A stretch of DNA of 64,000 nt from Squalus acanthias (Eukaryota), in contig CM059433.1 of assembly GCA_030390025.1 (NCBI GenBank), forward strand, positions 310,001 to 374,000, written 5' to 3'. Each line of letters begins with the position of its first letter. Position 1 is the stretch's first letter. A model generated the notes under the pieces. It did not search any database. It was not told where the DNA came from and saw nothing but the letters and a program-made list of their open reading frames with translations. The position numbers and the translations under genes were made by a program. Positions 24,301 to 36,630 of this stretch are shown piece after piece.

Positions 24301-24583
24301 TGTGCTTGTGAGCTACAATGTACTCTCCCTAACAGCAATCTCCAGGTTCCCAGATACTACATGATTCCTGTTTACACAGAAAACCCCTCTTAAAATTTGA
24401 CCAACAAAAGAAAACAAATCATTAAAATCAGAGTTTGAGACTAACCATGAGAAAGAAAAACATCCAGCATCAGATAAAAGATTTCTTTCTTGAGAATTCT
24501 CCACACCAAATGTTCTTTAGGGAAGGTAACCTGCCATCCTTACCCGGTCTGATCTATACATGATTTCAGTCCCACAACAACAT

Positions 24584-24970
24584 AAAAATGAGAAGTCGCA
24601 CAACACCAGGTTATAGTCCAACAGTTTTATTTGAAATCACGAGCTTTCGGAGCGGCTGCTCCTTCGTCAGGTAAAGTGAAGGAATACAAATCAGCAAAGC
24701 ATATATAGACAGAGAACAATGTGTAGCGTACAATGTCAGACGACTACAGTTAATCTTTCTGACTGCCCTCCATCACACCTCGGCAGAGAGACAGTCAGGC
24801 CAGTCAGGAAGACATTACATCAAAGACACAGCAAAATACAGCTAAGACAATGAGGTGGGGTCACAGGGGGTCCAACGTGTCAAATGCTGCAGTCTGTATG
24901 GTTAAGCTTTTTACTTTTTTTTAAAAACTGGAAATCACATCTGTGAACAAGCCAACGACGACTCGAGTAG
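24584..24970 (-). mobile_element. Solo Penelope pseudo-LTR
   Basis: Colinear similarity to 6574-6890 (accaggttatagtccaacag...; ctaagacaatgaggtggg...gggggtccaacgtgtcaaatgctgc). Confidence 0.88.
24637..24674 (-). ncRNA. Minimal type I hammerhead ribozyme, core intact
   Basis: Minus strand reads uuac-CUGACGA-a-ggagc-agcc-gcucc-GAAA-gc-UC-guga. Stem I, a 5-bp stem II, the conserved core and a palindromic AGCU stem III are present. Confidence 0.8.
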
Positions 24971-27292
24971 TTGTTTTCCTGCCATATTATATCACAATGT
25001 CTAGTTGTATCCTGACAGATCTTGTTATATTGTCCCTATGGCATCCATAAAAGAGCATGATCAGTCAACCCCTGTGACTGGTCACCTCATTAATGAAGGC
25101 TTCCACAGCAGAGCTACATTTCAGCAGAGGCTGTTTTATCTGCTGTTCTGCAACCTTAGTTTCAGTAAAACCCTTTCATTTTGCTGTAGAATATTAATGT
25201 GCTTAATATATTTGTATACAATTTCTGATTGCCTGGAGAGTCCACAGATCAGAACATAAATTCTGCATAACAAAAAAATGAGTGCCCAGAGATGTTGCGA
25301 TGTTATATGTTGCAAAGGTCTAATTGTTAGTGATTCTTTGGATTCCCAAAAATTACCTTTTCTGCTGCAGCAGTTGATAATAAATTGCCCAGTTGATCAC
25401 TGACTGGCAGAGGTTAATCTGGTGAATAACATGGAACTTCTGCCACTTGTGAACTAAGGGAGGAATATTACAATAACATGTTAATGGAGTTTAAGTGATC
25501 CTTCCATTATTATTAGAAGGCTCTGCAGGCACCTGATAGTAATAATGTGATTTTGAAAGCTGAAGAAAAAAAATGTAATAACTGCTCGGCTAATGTTGCT
25601 GAGATGCTGCAAATTATGAACATTAAATGGAATGATGTAATACAAGGACAGGTGTCCAGATTAGGATTATCAGGGTTACAATATATATGATTCTGTAGGT
25701 TGTATCTCCCATTGCTCTCCCCTCCCCCTGAAAAAGATCACCACTAGCCTCCAACTTTTCAGTCATTATAGACTAGAGTGACATTAGCGCTTGAATGATT
25801 AACACCTTTGTCTGATTCCTTTGTTTTCTATTTTAGCAGAGACATTAACCCATTTAAAATAAATACATAAGGCCTACTTTGAAGTAACAGGTAAAGGAAT
25901 ACCATATGATGGCATTAAGTGTTCATCTGCCAATACTGTCGTCAGTAATTTATAGGATTATAGTTCATGCTCATAATGTAACTCTTGAAGCCAAGCTCAA
26001 ACCTATTGACCTCTATTTTAACCCCCACCCTCCCCCCTCACCCCCGAGGGGCAGGAAAGAGTCGGGCAAAAGGTTAAAATATTAAAAATCAAACTCCCAC
26101 CTCCAAGTTGTCGCGTTCCTGGCCACCATAATGTTTACGATGACAATTCAGGCCCTGGACAAGGTTCCCGCTAAAAGCAAGCAGTGGCCTACCTGAAATT
26201 CAAAAGTCGCGGTGGTAATTCTAAGGTCCACACAGGAGGTATCCTGCACAGACACAAGGCGGGAGGAGCCGGCTGCCCCAGGTAAGTTTTAAAACATTCC
26301 CTCTCTTTGAACTCCTTGTGGGCCAGGAGGAGCAGAAGTCTTCCCCAGGCCCCGTAAGGAGTCCAGTAGAGATGGTTACCATTCGACAGGTGCTTCAGTA
26401 TCTACTTTACACTAATAAAATTGAATAGTCAGCTGCTATTCATTGTCCAGGTTTCCACGTGAGCAATGGTCACTCAGAATCTGTGGAATTATACCCCAGC
26501 CTGAGTCATCACCTTCAGGAAAGAGGAGAAAACTTGCAACCAAAACCAACATTGGTCTCCTTCTATAAGGGAAATAAACTATCTTAACATTTAAAAGCAA
26601 TGAATTTAAATTAAATTAATTTATTTTTTGTTATTATATTAACATTCATTGGATAATGCAGCATAGAAATCTATTCTCCTGGAAGGGTGCAATACTATGG
26701 CCGCGATTTCGCCTACCGAGGCGGGCTCAGTGCGGCCGAGGTAGGTGCTGGATGGTGACCCCACTCCTGGTTCCATCCCGCTGTGTGAGAAGAATTTTCC
26801 ATTGATTGGGCTTTTTAAGCCCGCCCTGCGAGGTTCCTGGCCAATTAAAAGGAAGCGGGTCTGATGACGTCATTTGATGGCGCGTCATCAGCCGGTTTCC
26901 TTAAAGAGACCATGTCCACATTCATTTTGACATTTGTGCTGTCAGTGTTCTACAGCATTGAGGTGCTGCAAACACTGACAAGCACTGCACAGAGGTGCAC
27001 AGCTGCATCCAGGCTCTCCCATGACTTCCTCCATATGCTTATGGAGGGAGTCACAGCACACAGGGAGGTTCTCTTCCCTTCCAATGGGCGGAAGACACCT
27101 CCCCAGGAGACCAACACAGCCTGATTGCACATTGCACAGGAGGGCACAAGTAGGGATGTCGTCAGGAGGAGCAGGCTGCAGTGGCGCAAACCTTTCAATG
27201 ATCTCAGTAGATCACGAAATGTTAGTGTAAAGCCACACTCAACCTCATCCTGCTGTGCCACTCATCATATCCCCATCACTATGCCTTTCCTT

Positions 27293-27396
27293 AACGTTAA
27301 CTCTGTTTCTCTCTCCACGGATGCTGCCTCGCCTGCTGAGTTTTTCCAGCGTTTTCTGTTGTTATTTCGGATTTCCAGCATCTGCAGTATTTTGCT
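27293..27396 (+). mobile_element. Short interspersed repeat of second hammerhead-bearing family (fragment)
   Basis: Reverse-complement match to 41432-41540; begins at aacgttaac, within the ribozyme 3' core. Confidence 0.65.
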
Positions 27397-28135
27397 ATCG
27401 TACTCTGCCTTCCCTACCCGACTCCTGCACATCTTTACTCACACCAACTTACCGTGCACCTCCACCCATCCCTCTCTATCTATATTATCACTTCCCCATC
27501 TCACCAGCCACCCCTTACACTCACCCTCATCCTACTGCAGGCATAACAAGGGTAGGCACTTGGGTGGTTTAGCCAAAATTCATGTAAAGTTTCTGGTTAT
27601 TTGCTGTCAAACACTGCAATCTTTATTTTCAACACTTTGCGTTCTTGGACAGATTTGTGTGCACCTTTGGAAGTGGCTTAGTGAATTGCAGTGAATGGTG
27701 AGACATAAGGGTAGCCCCCGCAATGGTGATGAGTGTGAAAGGAATGGCTTGGGCATTGTAGGGATGCTTTATGGTGCTGGTGTGGGGTGGTGCCAACATG
27801 GCGCATCATGTGGTAGCCAGGGTGTACAGCGTCAAGTGAAGTAAATTTGGCCATGGTGAGGCCATCGCTGGTGTCCCGGGCAGCAATGTGCTCGGGTGCT
27901 GATGCCCTGTGCAATCAGGTGATTGCAGAGAAGGTTGGTGTTGTTGTTGGTGCTGCTGGTGTACCTGGTGATGTTGATGTTGGTGCTGCTGGTGTACCTG
28001 GTGATGTTGATGTTGGGCTGATTGTGGTGGAATTCTGAGGACCAAGGTGAGATTTTTTCAAGGGCACCGATGCTGCTGGAATAGATCTGTCAATGTTGAG
28101 AGAGGTTGATCCAAGGAGGTGACACTAGATACTGT

Positions 28136-29017
28136 GGGCCAAAAATTCGGCACTTGACGGGTGAGTACGCACTGTGTACTCACCCGTAAGGACGCCTGAA
28201 GTGCCGGTTTCCTGCATGCACTGCGCATGCGCGGGAAACCGGAACTTCCAGTCTGGTGAAGGGAGCGGTTCAGAGGTGAACCGCGTGCGTGGTAGAGGCT
28301 GCGCGCATGCAGCAAACTTAGTTTTTTTTTCAGGTTTCTCCGGGAGGGTAAGTATTGAAGAACCTGCGCTTTTAAAAAGGACAAAAGTGAGAAGTCGCAC
28401 AACACCAGGTTATAGTACAACAGTTTTATTTGAAATCACAAGGTTTCGGAGCTGCTGCCCCTTCGTCAGGTGAAGTGAGGTGAAGTGAGGTAAAAAGGAG
28501 GCGCAGGACCCGTTTTCAACAAGGTAAGTGGTTAATTACCTTAATTACCTAATTTAAAAATTTTTTCAACAGGTTTATCTTTTTTAGATACTTTAAAGAA
28601 AGGTAAGTTTATTTTTAGCACTGTTAAAAAGTATTTTAATTTTTTCAAAAATGTAAATTTTTGTTTAAAGTAGTTAATTTATAGTTATTTAAAAAATGTG
28701 ATGGTTTTTAAAAAAAATTATTTGAAGTTTAGCTGTTCTTTTGGGGCCGATTTCAATTCATAGATTTGACAGGTCTTCCTGTCAAATCTATGAATGAAAG
28801 ATGGTCTGCTGCCATTGGCTCTCCATGGCCCACGTGATCCCAGGGGACGCAGCGCACTAACTACGCCCCTGGGACACGCAAGCACTGCGCGCCGGCACTT
28901 GGAGCAGGCCCAGGAGCTGAAGTCCCCGTGGGCCAGAAGCAGAACGGCAGACGCGGTAGGTAAGTGCGCGCGCGATCCTTACCCCCGCGGCAAGCCGGAG
29001 AGGTGAATTTCAGGGCC
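28136..29017. mobile_element. MITE-like insertion nested in Harbinger element
   Basis: Imperfect TIRs gggccaaaaattc / gaatttcagggcc; GC-rich ends, AT-rich core and internal hairpins. TSD not clean. Confidence 0.55.
28382..28490 (-). mobile_element. Penelope pLTR fragment with hammerhead motif (28436-28473)
   Basis: TSD taaaaagga at 28373-28381 and 28491-28499. Minus strand reads ucac-CUGACGA-a-ggggc-agca-gcucc-GAAA-cc-UU-guga. Confidence 0.85.
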
Positions 29018-30407
29018 AGAGTTTACTCCAAACATTTCCAAACTGCATAAAGCTCAGAATTGGGTTCCAAATCATGAAGGCTCCAGCTTCTAAGTTTGGG
29101 AATTGAACAGCTGTGAAATGGTAGCTTTTATACCACTTTTGCAGCTGTCACCTATTCATAGCAATAGTCATTGAGAACCCGACATACTTACCTGACGTGA
29201 TCTCCTCGCACTGGGAACCTCGTTAAAAACCTGGTAAAATGGTGCGTACATGGGGAAATGGTGTTTAACTACATTTTAACAAGCTTTTCAGTATCTAAAT
29301 TGGCTGACCCGCCGCTTGGTGTCGGATCTGTTCAGGGATGACAGACCCGACACTTGGGAAACTGACAAGGAGGCGCGTTTACAGCGGGATACCGACCCAC
29401 TGTCAATCTTTGTTATTTTGACAGCGGACCCGCCTCCAAACCCGCACTCGGAGCGCCGGCAAAATTCCGGCCTATGTATTTTGTGTTCATGAAAATGAAG
29501 ATGTCAGTGCTGCACAAAGCATCAAATATCAAAATTGAGCGCTCCAAGGTTATGTATACATTGGTTAGGTACACCTCTAGAATCAGTGTGATATTTCCAT
29601 TTAGTGCACTGACTAGTCTTATAATAGTTTGAGGGAGACAGACAACTTAGAGATGATTAATGTTAATTTATGGGCTTTTTTTTTGTTGTGGAGTTGCATT
29701 CATTAGGAACGGGCAAAACATTGGGGATATTATATTTACAAGCAGTTCTCCTAATTAGTATTCTTCAGCCATACGACAAATGATCAAAGATTGCGTGCAG
29801 GAAATATTCTGGCAGTGACTGAAAGAACCAGCTGAAGTCCAATCAGCATCAAAAACCAAACTGAATAGAATATATTCAATGGGTAACTGTGCAAGACCAT
29901 GTTTATCCAATCATTGAGAAAGATAACTCAGGGGTGATGAACTCACAAATTAGCTATAGAAGCATTCCACAATATGGAGTCAATCAGGTTCATGTCCAGA
30001 TGAAGCACTAGGCCCAGACAACATACACCTATGAGTATTAAAGGAAGTGCAGATAAAAAATAACAAAGGTTTACCTGACACTTTTTAAAATTTGTTAAAT
30101 TTATGAGAAATTTCTGCAGACTGTGGCTGAATAACATCATTACCTAAAAGGGAAAGAATATATACCTGATAACAATAGGTACTTTAATATAAGATGTAAG
30201 GAATATCACTTCCTCAAAGATGTTGTGAAGATTTCAGCAGCAGAATCTTCCCTTTCATAATCCAAGTCGACTGCTGTTTCCCAGCTAATTTTTGCAGAGA
30301 TATTACTCAAATTTACACCTGATAATCAATGTTATTATTTTACAGGGAATGGAAATGAGACTATTGGGTCTATAGTTACTTGTGTCTATTTTGTTGCCCT
30401 TTTTGAA

Positions 30408-33400
30408 TTTTTTTTTTTATTCGCTTATGGGATCTGGGCGTTGCTGGCAAGGCCAGCATTTATTGCCCATCCCTAATTGCCCTTGAGAAGGTGGTGGTGA
30501 CCCGCCTTCTTGAACAGCTGCAGTCCATGTGGTGAAGGTACTCCCACAGTGCTGTTAGATAGGGAGTTCCAGGATTTTGACCCAGCGATGATGAAGGATC
30601 AGCGATATACTTCGAAGTCAGGATGGTGTGTGACTTGGAGGGGAACTTGGAGGTGGTGATGTTCCCATGCATCTGCTGCCCTTGTCCTTATAGGTGGATG
30701 AGGTTGCGGATTTGGGAGGTGCTGCCGAAGAAGCCTTGGTGAGTTGCTGCAGTGCATCTTGTAGATGGTACACACTGCAGCCACGGTACGCCGGTGGTGG
30801 AGGGAGTGAATGTTTAAGGTGGTGGATGGGGTGCCAATTTAGCGGGCTGCTTTGTCCTGGATGGTGTCAAGCTTCTTGAGTGTTGTTGGAGCTGCACTCA
30901 TCCAGGCAAGTGGAGAGTATTCCATCACATTCCTTACTTGTGCCTTGTAGATGGTATAAAGGCTTTGGGGAGTCAGGAGGTGAGACACTCGCCGCAGAAT
31001 ACCTAGCCTCTGACCTGCTCTTGTTGCCACAGTATTTATGTGGCTGGTCCTGTTAAGTTTCTGGTCAATGGTAACCCCCAGGATGTTGATGGTGGGCTAA
31101 TGCCATTGAATGCCAAGGGGCGGTGGTTAGACTCTCTCTTGTTGGAGATAGTCATTGCCTGGCACTTCTGTGGTGCGAATGTTACTTGCCACTTATCAGC
31201 CCAAGCCTGAATATTGCCCAGGTCTTGTTGCATGCGGGTATGGACTTCTTCATTATCTGAGGAGTTGTAAATGGCACTGAACACCATGCAGTCAACAGCG
31301 AACATCCCCATTTCTGACCTTATGTTGGAGGGAAGGTCATTGGTGAAGCAGCTGAAGATGGTTGGGCCTAGGACACTGCCCTGAGGAACTCCTGCAGCGA
31401 TGTCCTGGGGCTATGATGATTGACCTTCAATCACCACAACCATCTTCCTTTGTGCTAGGTATGACTCCAACCAGTGGAGAGTTTTCCCCCCAGATTCCCA
31501 TTGGCTTCAGTTTTACTTGGGCTCCTTCATGCCTCAATCGGTCAAATGCTACCTTGATGTCGAGGGCAGTCACTCTCACTTCTCCTCTGGAATTCAGCTC
31601 CTTTGTCCATGTTTGGACCAAGGCTGTAATGAGGTTATAAGAACATAAGACGTAGGAGCAGGAGTAGGTCATTTGGCCCCTCGAGCCTGCTCCGCCATTC
31701 AATAAGATCATGGCTGATCTGATCTTGGCCTCAACTCCACTTCCCTGCCCGCTCCCCATAACCCTTGACTCCCTTATCATTCAAAAATCTGTCTGTCTCC
31801 ACCTTAAATATATTCAATGACCCAGCCTCCACAGCTCTCTGGGGAAGAGATTTCCAAAGATTCACGACCATCAGAGAAGAAATTCCTCCTCATTTCCGTT
31901 TTAAATGGGTGCCCCCTTATTCTGAAATTATGCCCCCTAGTTCTAGATTCCCCCATGAGGGGAATCATCCTCTCTGCATCTACCCTGTCAAGCCCCTTCA
32001 GAATCTTTTATGTTTCAATAAGATCACCTCTCATTCTTCTAAACTCCAATGAGTATAGGCCCAGCCTGCTCAACCTTTCCTCATAAGACAACCCTTTCAT
32101 CTCCGGAATCAACCTCGTGAACCTTCTCTGAACTGCCTCCGATGCAAGTATATTCTTCCTTAAATAAGGAGACCAAAACTGTACGCAGTACTCCAGGCGT
32201 GGTCTCACCAACGCCCTGTGCAGTTGTAACAGGACTTCCCTACTTTTATACTCCATTCCCTTTGCAATAAAGGCCAACACTCCATTTGCCTTCCTAATTA
32301 CTTACTGTACCTGCATGCTAACTTTTTGTGATTCATGTACAAGGACACCAGATCCCTCTGTACCTCAGCATTTTGTAATCTCTCCCCATTTAAATAATAA
32401 TTTGCTTTTTTATTTTTCCTACCAAAGTGGATAAGCTCGCATTTTCCCACATTATACTCCATCTGCCAGATTCCTGCCCACTCACTTAGCCTATCTATAT
32501 CCCTTTGGAGATTCCTTGCATCCTCCACACAATTTGCTTTCCCACCTATCTTTGTATCATCAGCAAATTTGGCTACATTGCACTCGGTCCCTTCATCCAA
32601 GTCATTAATATAGATTGTAAATAGTTGAGGCCCCAGCACTGATCCCTGCGGCACCCCACTAGTTACAACCTGAAAATGACCCATTTATCCCGAATCTCTG
32701 TTTTCTGTTAGTTAGCCAATCCTCTATCTATGCTAATATATTACCCCCAACCCCGTGAGCTCTTATCTTGTGCAGTGACCTTTTATGTGACACCTTATCG
32801 AATGCCTTCTGGAAATCCAAATACACGACATCTACTGGTTCCCCTTTATCCACCCTGTTTGTTACATCCTCAAAGAACTCCAGCAAATTTGTCAAACATG
32901 ATTTCCCTTTCATAAAACCATGCTGACTCTGCTTGACTATATTATGATTTCCTAAATGTCCTGCTACCATTTCCTTAATGATGGACTCCAGCATTTTACC
33001 AATGACAGATGTTAGGCGAACTGGTCGATAGTTGCCTGGTTTCTGTCTCCTTCCTTTCTTAAATGGGGCGTTACATTTGTGGTTTTCCAGTCCGCTGGGA
33101 CCTCTCCAGTATCCAGGGAATTTTGGTAGATTACAACCAATGCATCCACTATCTCTGCAGCCACCTCTTAAGACTCTAGGATGCAAGCCATCGGGTCCAG
33201 GGGACTTGTCCACCTTTAGTCCCATTAGTTTGCCTAGTACTTTCTCTCTAGTGAAAGTGATTGTTTTAAGTTCCCCCCACCCCACCCCAATAGCCTCTTG
33301 ATTATCCATTATTGGGATGCTTTTAGTGTCTTCTATCACGAAGACTGATGCAAAATATTTATTCAAAGTCTCCGCCATTTCCCTGTTTTCCATTATTAAT

Positions 33401-34050
33401 TCCCCAGACTCTTCCTCTAGGGGACCAATGTTTACTTTAGCTACTCTCTTCCTTTTTATATACCTGTAGAAGCTCTTACTGTCTGTTTTTATATTTCTTG
33501 CTAGCTTACTCTCATAATCTATCTTCTCTCTCTCATCATTTTTTTAGTCGTCCTTTGCTGGTTTTTAAAAATTTCCCAATCCTCTGGCCTTCCACTATTC
33601 TTTGCAACATTGTATGCTTTTGTTTTCAATTTGATACCACCCTTTACGTCCTTAGTTAGCCACAGATGGTTCATCCTTCTCTTAGAGTCTTTCTTTCCCT
33701 CTGGAATATATCTTTGCTAAGAGTTATGAAATATCTCCTTAAATGTTTGCCACTGCTTTTCTACAGTCTAACCCTGTAGTATATTTTGCCAGTCCACTTT
33801 AACCAAGTCTGCCTTCATACCTTTGTAATTACCTTTGTTTAAGTTCAGGACACTAGTTTGAGACCTAGCTTTCTCACCCTCAAACTGAATTTGGTATATT
33901 ACAACCAATGCATCCACTATCTCTGCAGCCACCTCTTTTAAGACTCTAGGATGCAGGCCATTGGCAGCCGCGTGGTCTTGGCAGAACACAAACTGGGCAT
34001 CAGTGAGCAGGTTATTGGTGAGTAAGTGCCGCTTGATAGCACTGTTGATT
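30408..34050 (-). mobile_element. Non-LTR retrotransposon (RTE-X-like, tentative clade), 3' portion with poly(A), split by a CR1
   Basis: ALDIKVAFDR, MFAVD and WADKWQVTFAP motifs; poly(T) at about 30408. The reading frame ...LLTDAQF..QDH (33965-34050) rejoins LITALVQTW (ending 31636). Confidence 0.78.
31637..33962 (-). mobile_element. 5'-truncated CR1 LINE with rearranged 5' end
   Basis: RT ORF fragments at 32008-33393; tail ataagaacataag at 31637; 33890-33962 duplicates 33122-33192. Confidence 0.93.
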
Positions 34051-34701
34051 ACTGTTGCTATTTGAAGATATTGCAAGGCATAGGATCCAAAATACATTGA
34101 TATTATATTGCAGGACCCAAGGTACTAACTGGCTAATTCGAGCCAAAATTCATCTTCTTGCGTAGGTTATAATTAAACGTATGATACCATATCCGTGACA
34201 ATGCATTTACATTGCGCATTCGTGACTGTGGGTGATCTTAAGTGTAATTGACTGGATGGGTGACTAGGTGTGTGGGTGAGAGATTGCCTAATTGTGTTCA
34301 TGGATGAAACTAATGGGTGAACAACTGTGGGCAGGTGAAATGTTGACTCTAGTTGCTTGTATGGATGTCTGAGGACTGAATGCAGGGGGGTGGATAGGTG
34401 AAAGGCTGTGTAGAAGAGAGAGTATGACAATGCAGTGGAGGTGTTTGAACTGAATTTTATTGAATTAGTTTTGTTTTGTTAAGGTAGCATTATTGATAGA
34501 GAGATGGTCTCTCTAGCTAGGCCATCTACAAAGGACAAGAAGCAAAGTCATATATCTATTTAATAATTATCTATATTATATATTAAAAATATCATAAAGT
34601 GGGGCTGTTCGCTGATCATTCAGAAGTGTTCAGCTCTATTTGCAAATTCCTTACATAATGGAGCAGTCCATACCTGTGTGCAGCAAGACCTGGTCAACAT
34701 C

Positions 34702-35520
34702 CAACAACAATAACAACAACAACAACTTGTATTTAGATAGCGCCTTTAACGTAGTAAAACATCCCAAGGTGCTTCACAGGAGCGTAAATCAAACAAAATT
34801 TCACACTGAGTCACATAAGGAGATATTAGGGCAGATGAACAAAAGCTTGGTCAAAGAGGTAAGTTTTAAGGAGCATCTTAAAAGCGAGAGAGAGGTAGAG
34901 AGGCAGAGAGGTTTAGGGAGAGAATTCCAAAGCTTAGGGCCTTGGCAGCTGGTGTAGTGATTGGAATCGGAGATGCTCAAGAGGCCAGAATTAGAGGAGC
35001 GCAGATATCTTGGAGGATTGTGGGGCTGGAGGAAATTACAGAGATAGGGAGGAGTGAAGTCATGGAGGGATTTGAAACCAAGGATGAGAATCTTAAAAAT
35101 CGAGGTATTGCTTAACCGGGAACCAATGTAGATCAGCAAGCACAGGGGTGATGGGTGAACGGGACTTGGTGCGAGTTAGGACACAGGCAGCAGAGTTTTG
35201 GATGACTTCAAGTTTACGTAGGGTAGAATGTGGGAGGCTGGCCAGGAGTGCGTTGGAATAGTCAAGTCTAGAGGTAACAAAGGCATGGATGAGAGTTTCA
35301 GCAGCAGATGAGCTGAGGCAGTGACAGACTTGGGCAATGTTACTGGAGGTGTAAATAGGTGGTCTTAGTGATGGCACGGATATGTGGTCGGAAGCTCATC
35401 TCGGGGTCAAATATAACACCAAGGTTGCGAACACACTGGTTTAGCCTCAGACAGTTGGCAGGGAGGGGGATGGTGTCGATGGCTAGGGAACAGAGTTTGT
35501 GGAGGGGACCGAAGACAATG
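34702..35520 (-). mobile_element. L2-clade LINE 3' fragment
   Basis: AETLIHAFVTSRLDYSNALL...PITPVLADLHW motif; (ttg)n tail at 34702-34725. Confidence 0.9.
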
Positions 35521-35776
35521 GTGCACTGCAGTAACTTCCAAAGGCTTTTACGGCAGTATCTCCCAAACCCGCGACCTCCACCACCTAGAAGGACAAGGGC
35601 AGCAGGTGCATGGGAATACCATCACCTCCAAGTTCCCCTCCAAGTCACACACCATCCTGACTTGGAAGTATATCGCCGTTCTTTCATCGTCACTGGATCA
35701 AAATCCTGGAACTCCCTGGACTATAAATGCTGGCCTTGCCAGCGACGCCCACATCCCATGAACGAATAAAAGAAAA
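35521..35776 (+). mobile_element. 3' fragment of the RTE-X-like family
   Basis: Matches the reverse complement of 30410-30760; ends gaataaaagaaaa. Confidence 0.8.
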
Positions 35777-36387
35777 GCACACGCTCCAATCGAGAGGGTT
35801 ACGCACGAGCTGCCACAGGCAGTTCCCACATTTGAACAGCACGAATGTCGGGCCACTTACCTTACTGGCAGTGGCCTGAAGGCAAGTCCTGGGAGGGGTT
35901 GGGGGTGCAGTCAGAGCTGGCAATGGGTGAGCCGGGGCGATTGTGATGACTATGGAATCTGGGGAGCACTCCTGCACCTCCTGGCTCCACAGAAAAGACC
36001 CACTCATCACTGTCCAATTTCTGTGAGAGGACCTAAAACATCACCTCCAAATTCCCTTTCAAATCACACACCATCCTGATTTGGACATATATCACATTCC
36101 ATCATAGTCACTGGGTCAATTTCCTTGAAATCAGTACCGTGGGAGTACCTTCGCCACAGGGACCAAACGAGGTGAGATAAATTGCGTGAAATAAAATCCT
36201 AACAAAGTGGAATAATTTAAAATGATGAAAAATGGGACCCAGCGAAACAATTTAATAAAAATCTTGCCCTCTACATCCCCCTGCCTTGGTCCAATTGTCC
36301 TCCCATCCTCTAACCTTGCTTCACCTAAATATTTCACTTAGTCTTAACTTCCCATGTGCAATGCTACAGGAGATCGACTAGAAATAT

Positions 36388-36630
36388 ACTTGCCTGGATG
36401 GGTGCAGTTCCAACAACACTCAAGAAGCTCGACACCATCCAGGACAAAGCAGCCCACTTGATTGGCACCCCATCCACCACCTTAAACATTCACTCCCTCC
36501 ACCACCGGCGTACTGTGACTGCAGTGTGTACCATCTACAAGATGGACTGCAGTAACTTGCCAAGGCTTCTTCGGCAGCACCTCCCAAACCCGCGACCTAT
36601 TCCACCTAGAAGGACAAGGGCAGCAGGTGC
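36388..36630 (+). mobile_element. Internal fragment of the RTE-X-like family
   Basis: LAWMGAVPTTLKKLDTIQDKAA matches 30700-30920; fused directly to CR1 ORF1 at 36631. Confidence 0.82.

Larger units (their letters stand above)
26699..29472 (+). mobile_element. Non-autonomous PIF/Harbinger element with Myb relic and nested insertions
   Basis: TIRs ggccgcgatttcgcc / ggcaaaattccggcc; TSD tat at 26696-26698 and 29473-29475. Myb exon relic at about 26985-27220 (LMEGVTAHREVLFP...QWRKPFNDL). Confidence 0.82.

Noticed and set aside
25837..25890. Plus-strand acceptor/donor pair (ttttag|cag...cag|gtaaag)
   Set aside because: Stops occur in all three frames and there is no supporting neighbour exon.
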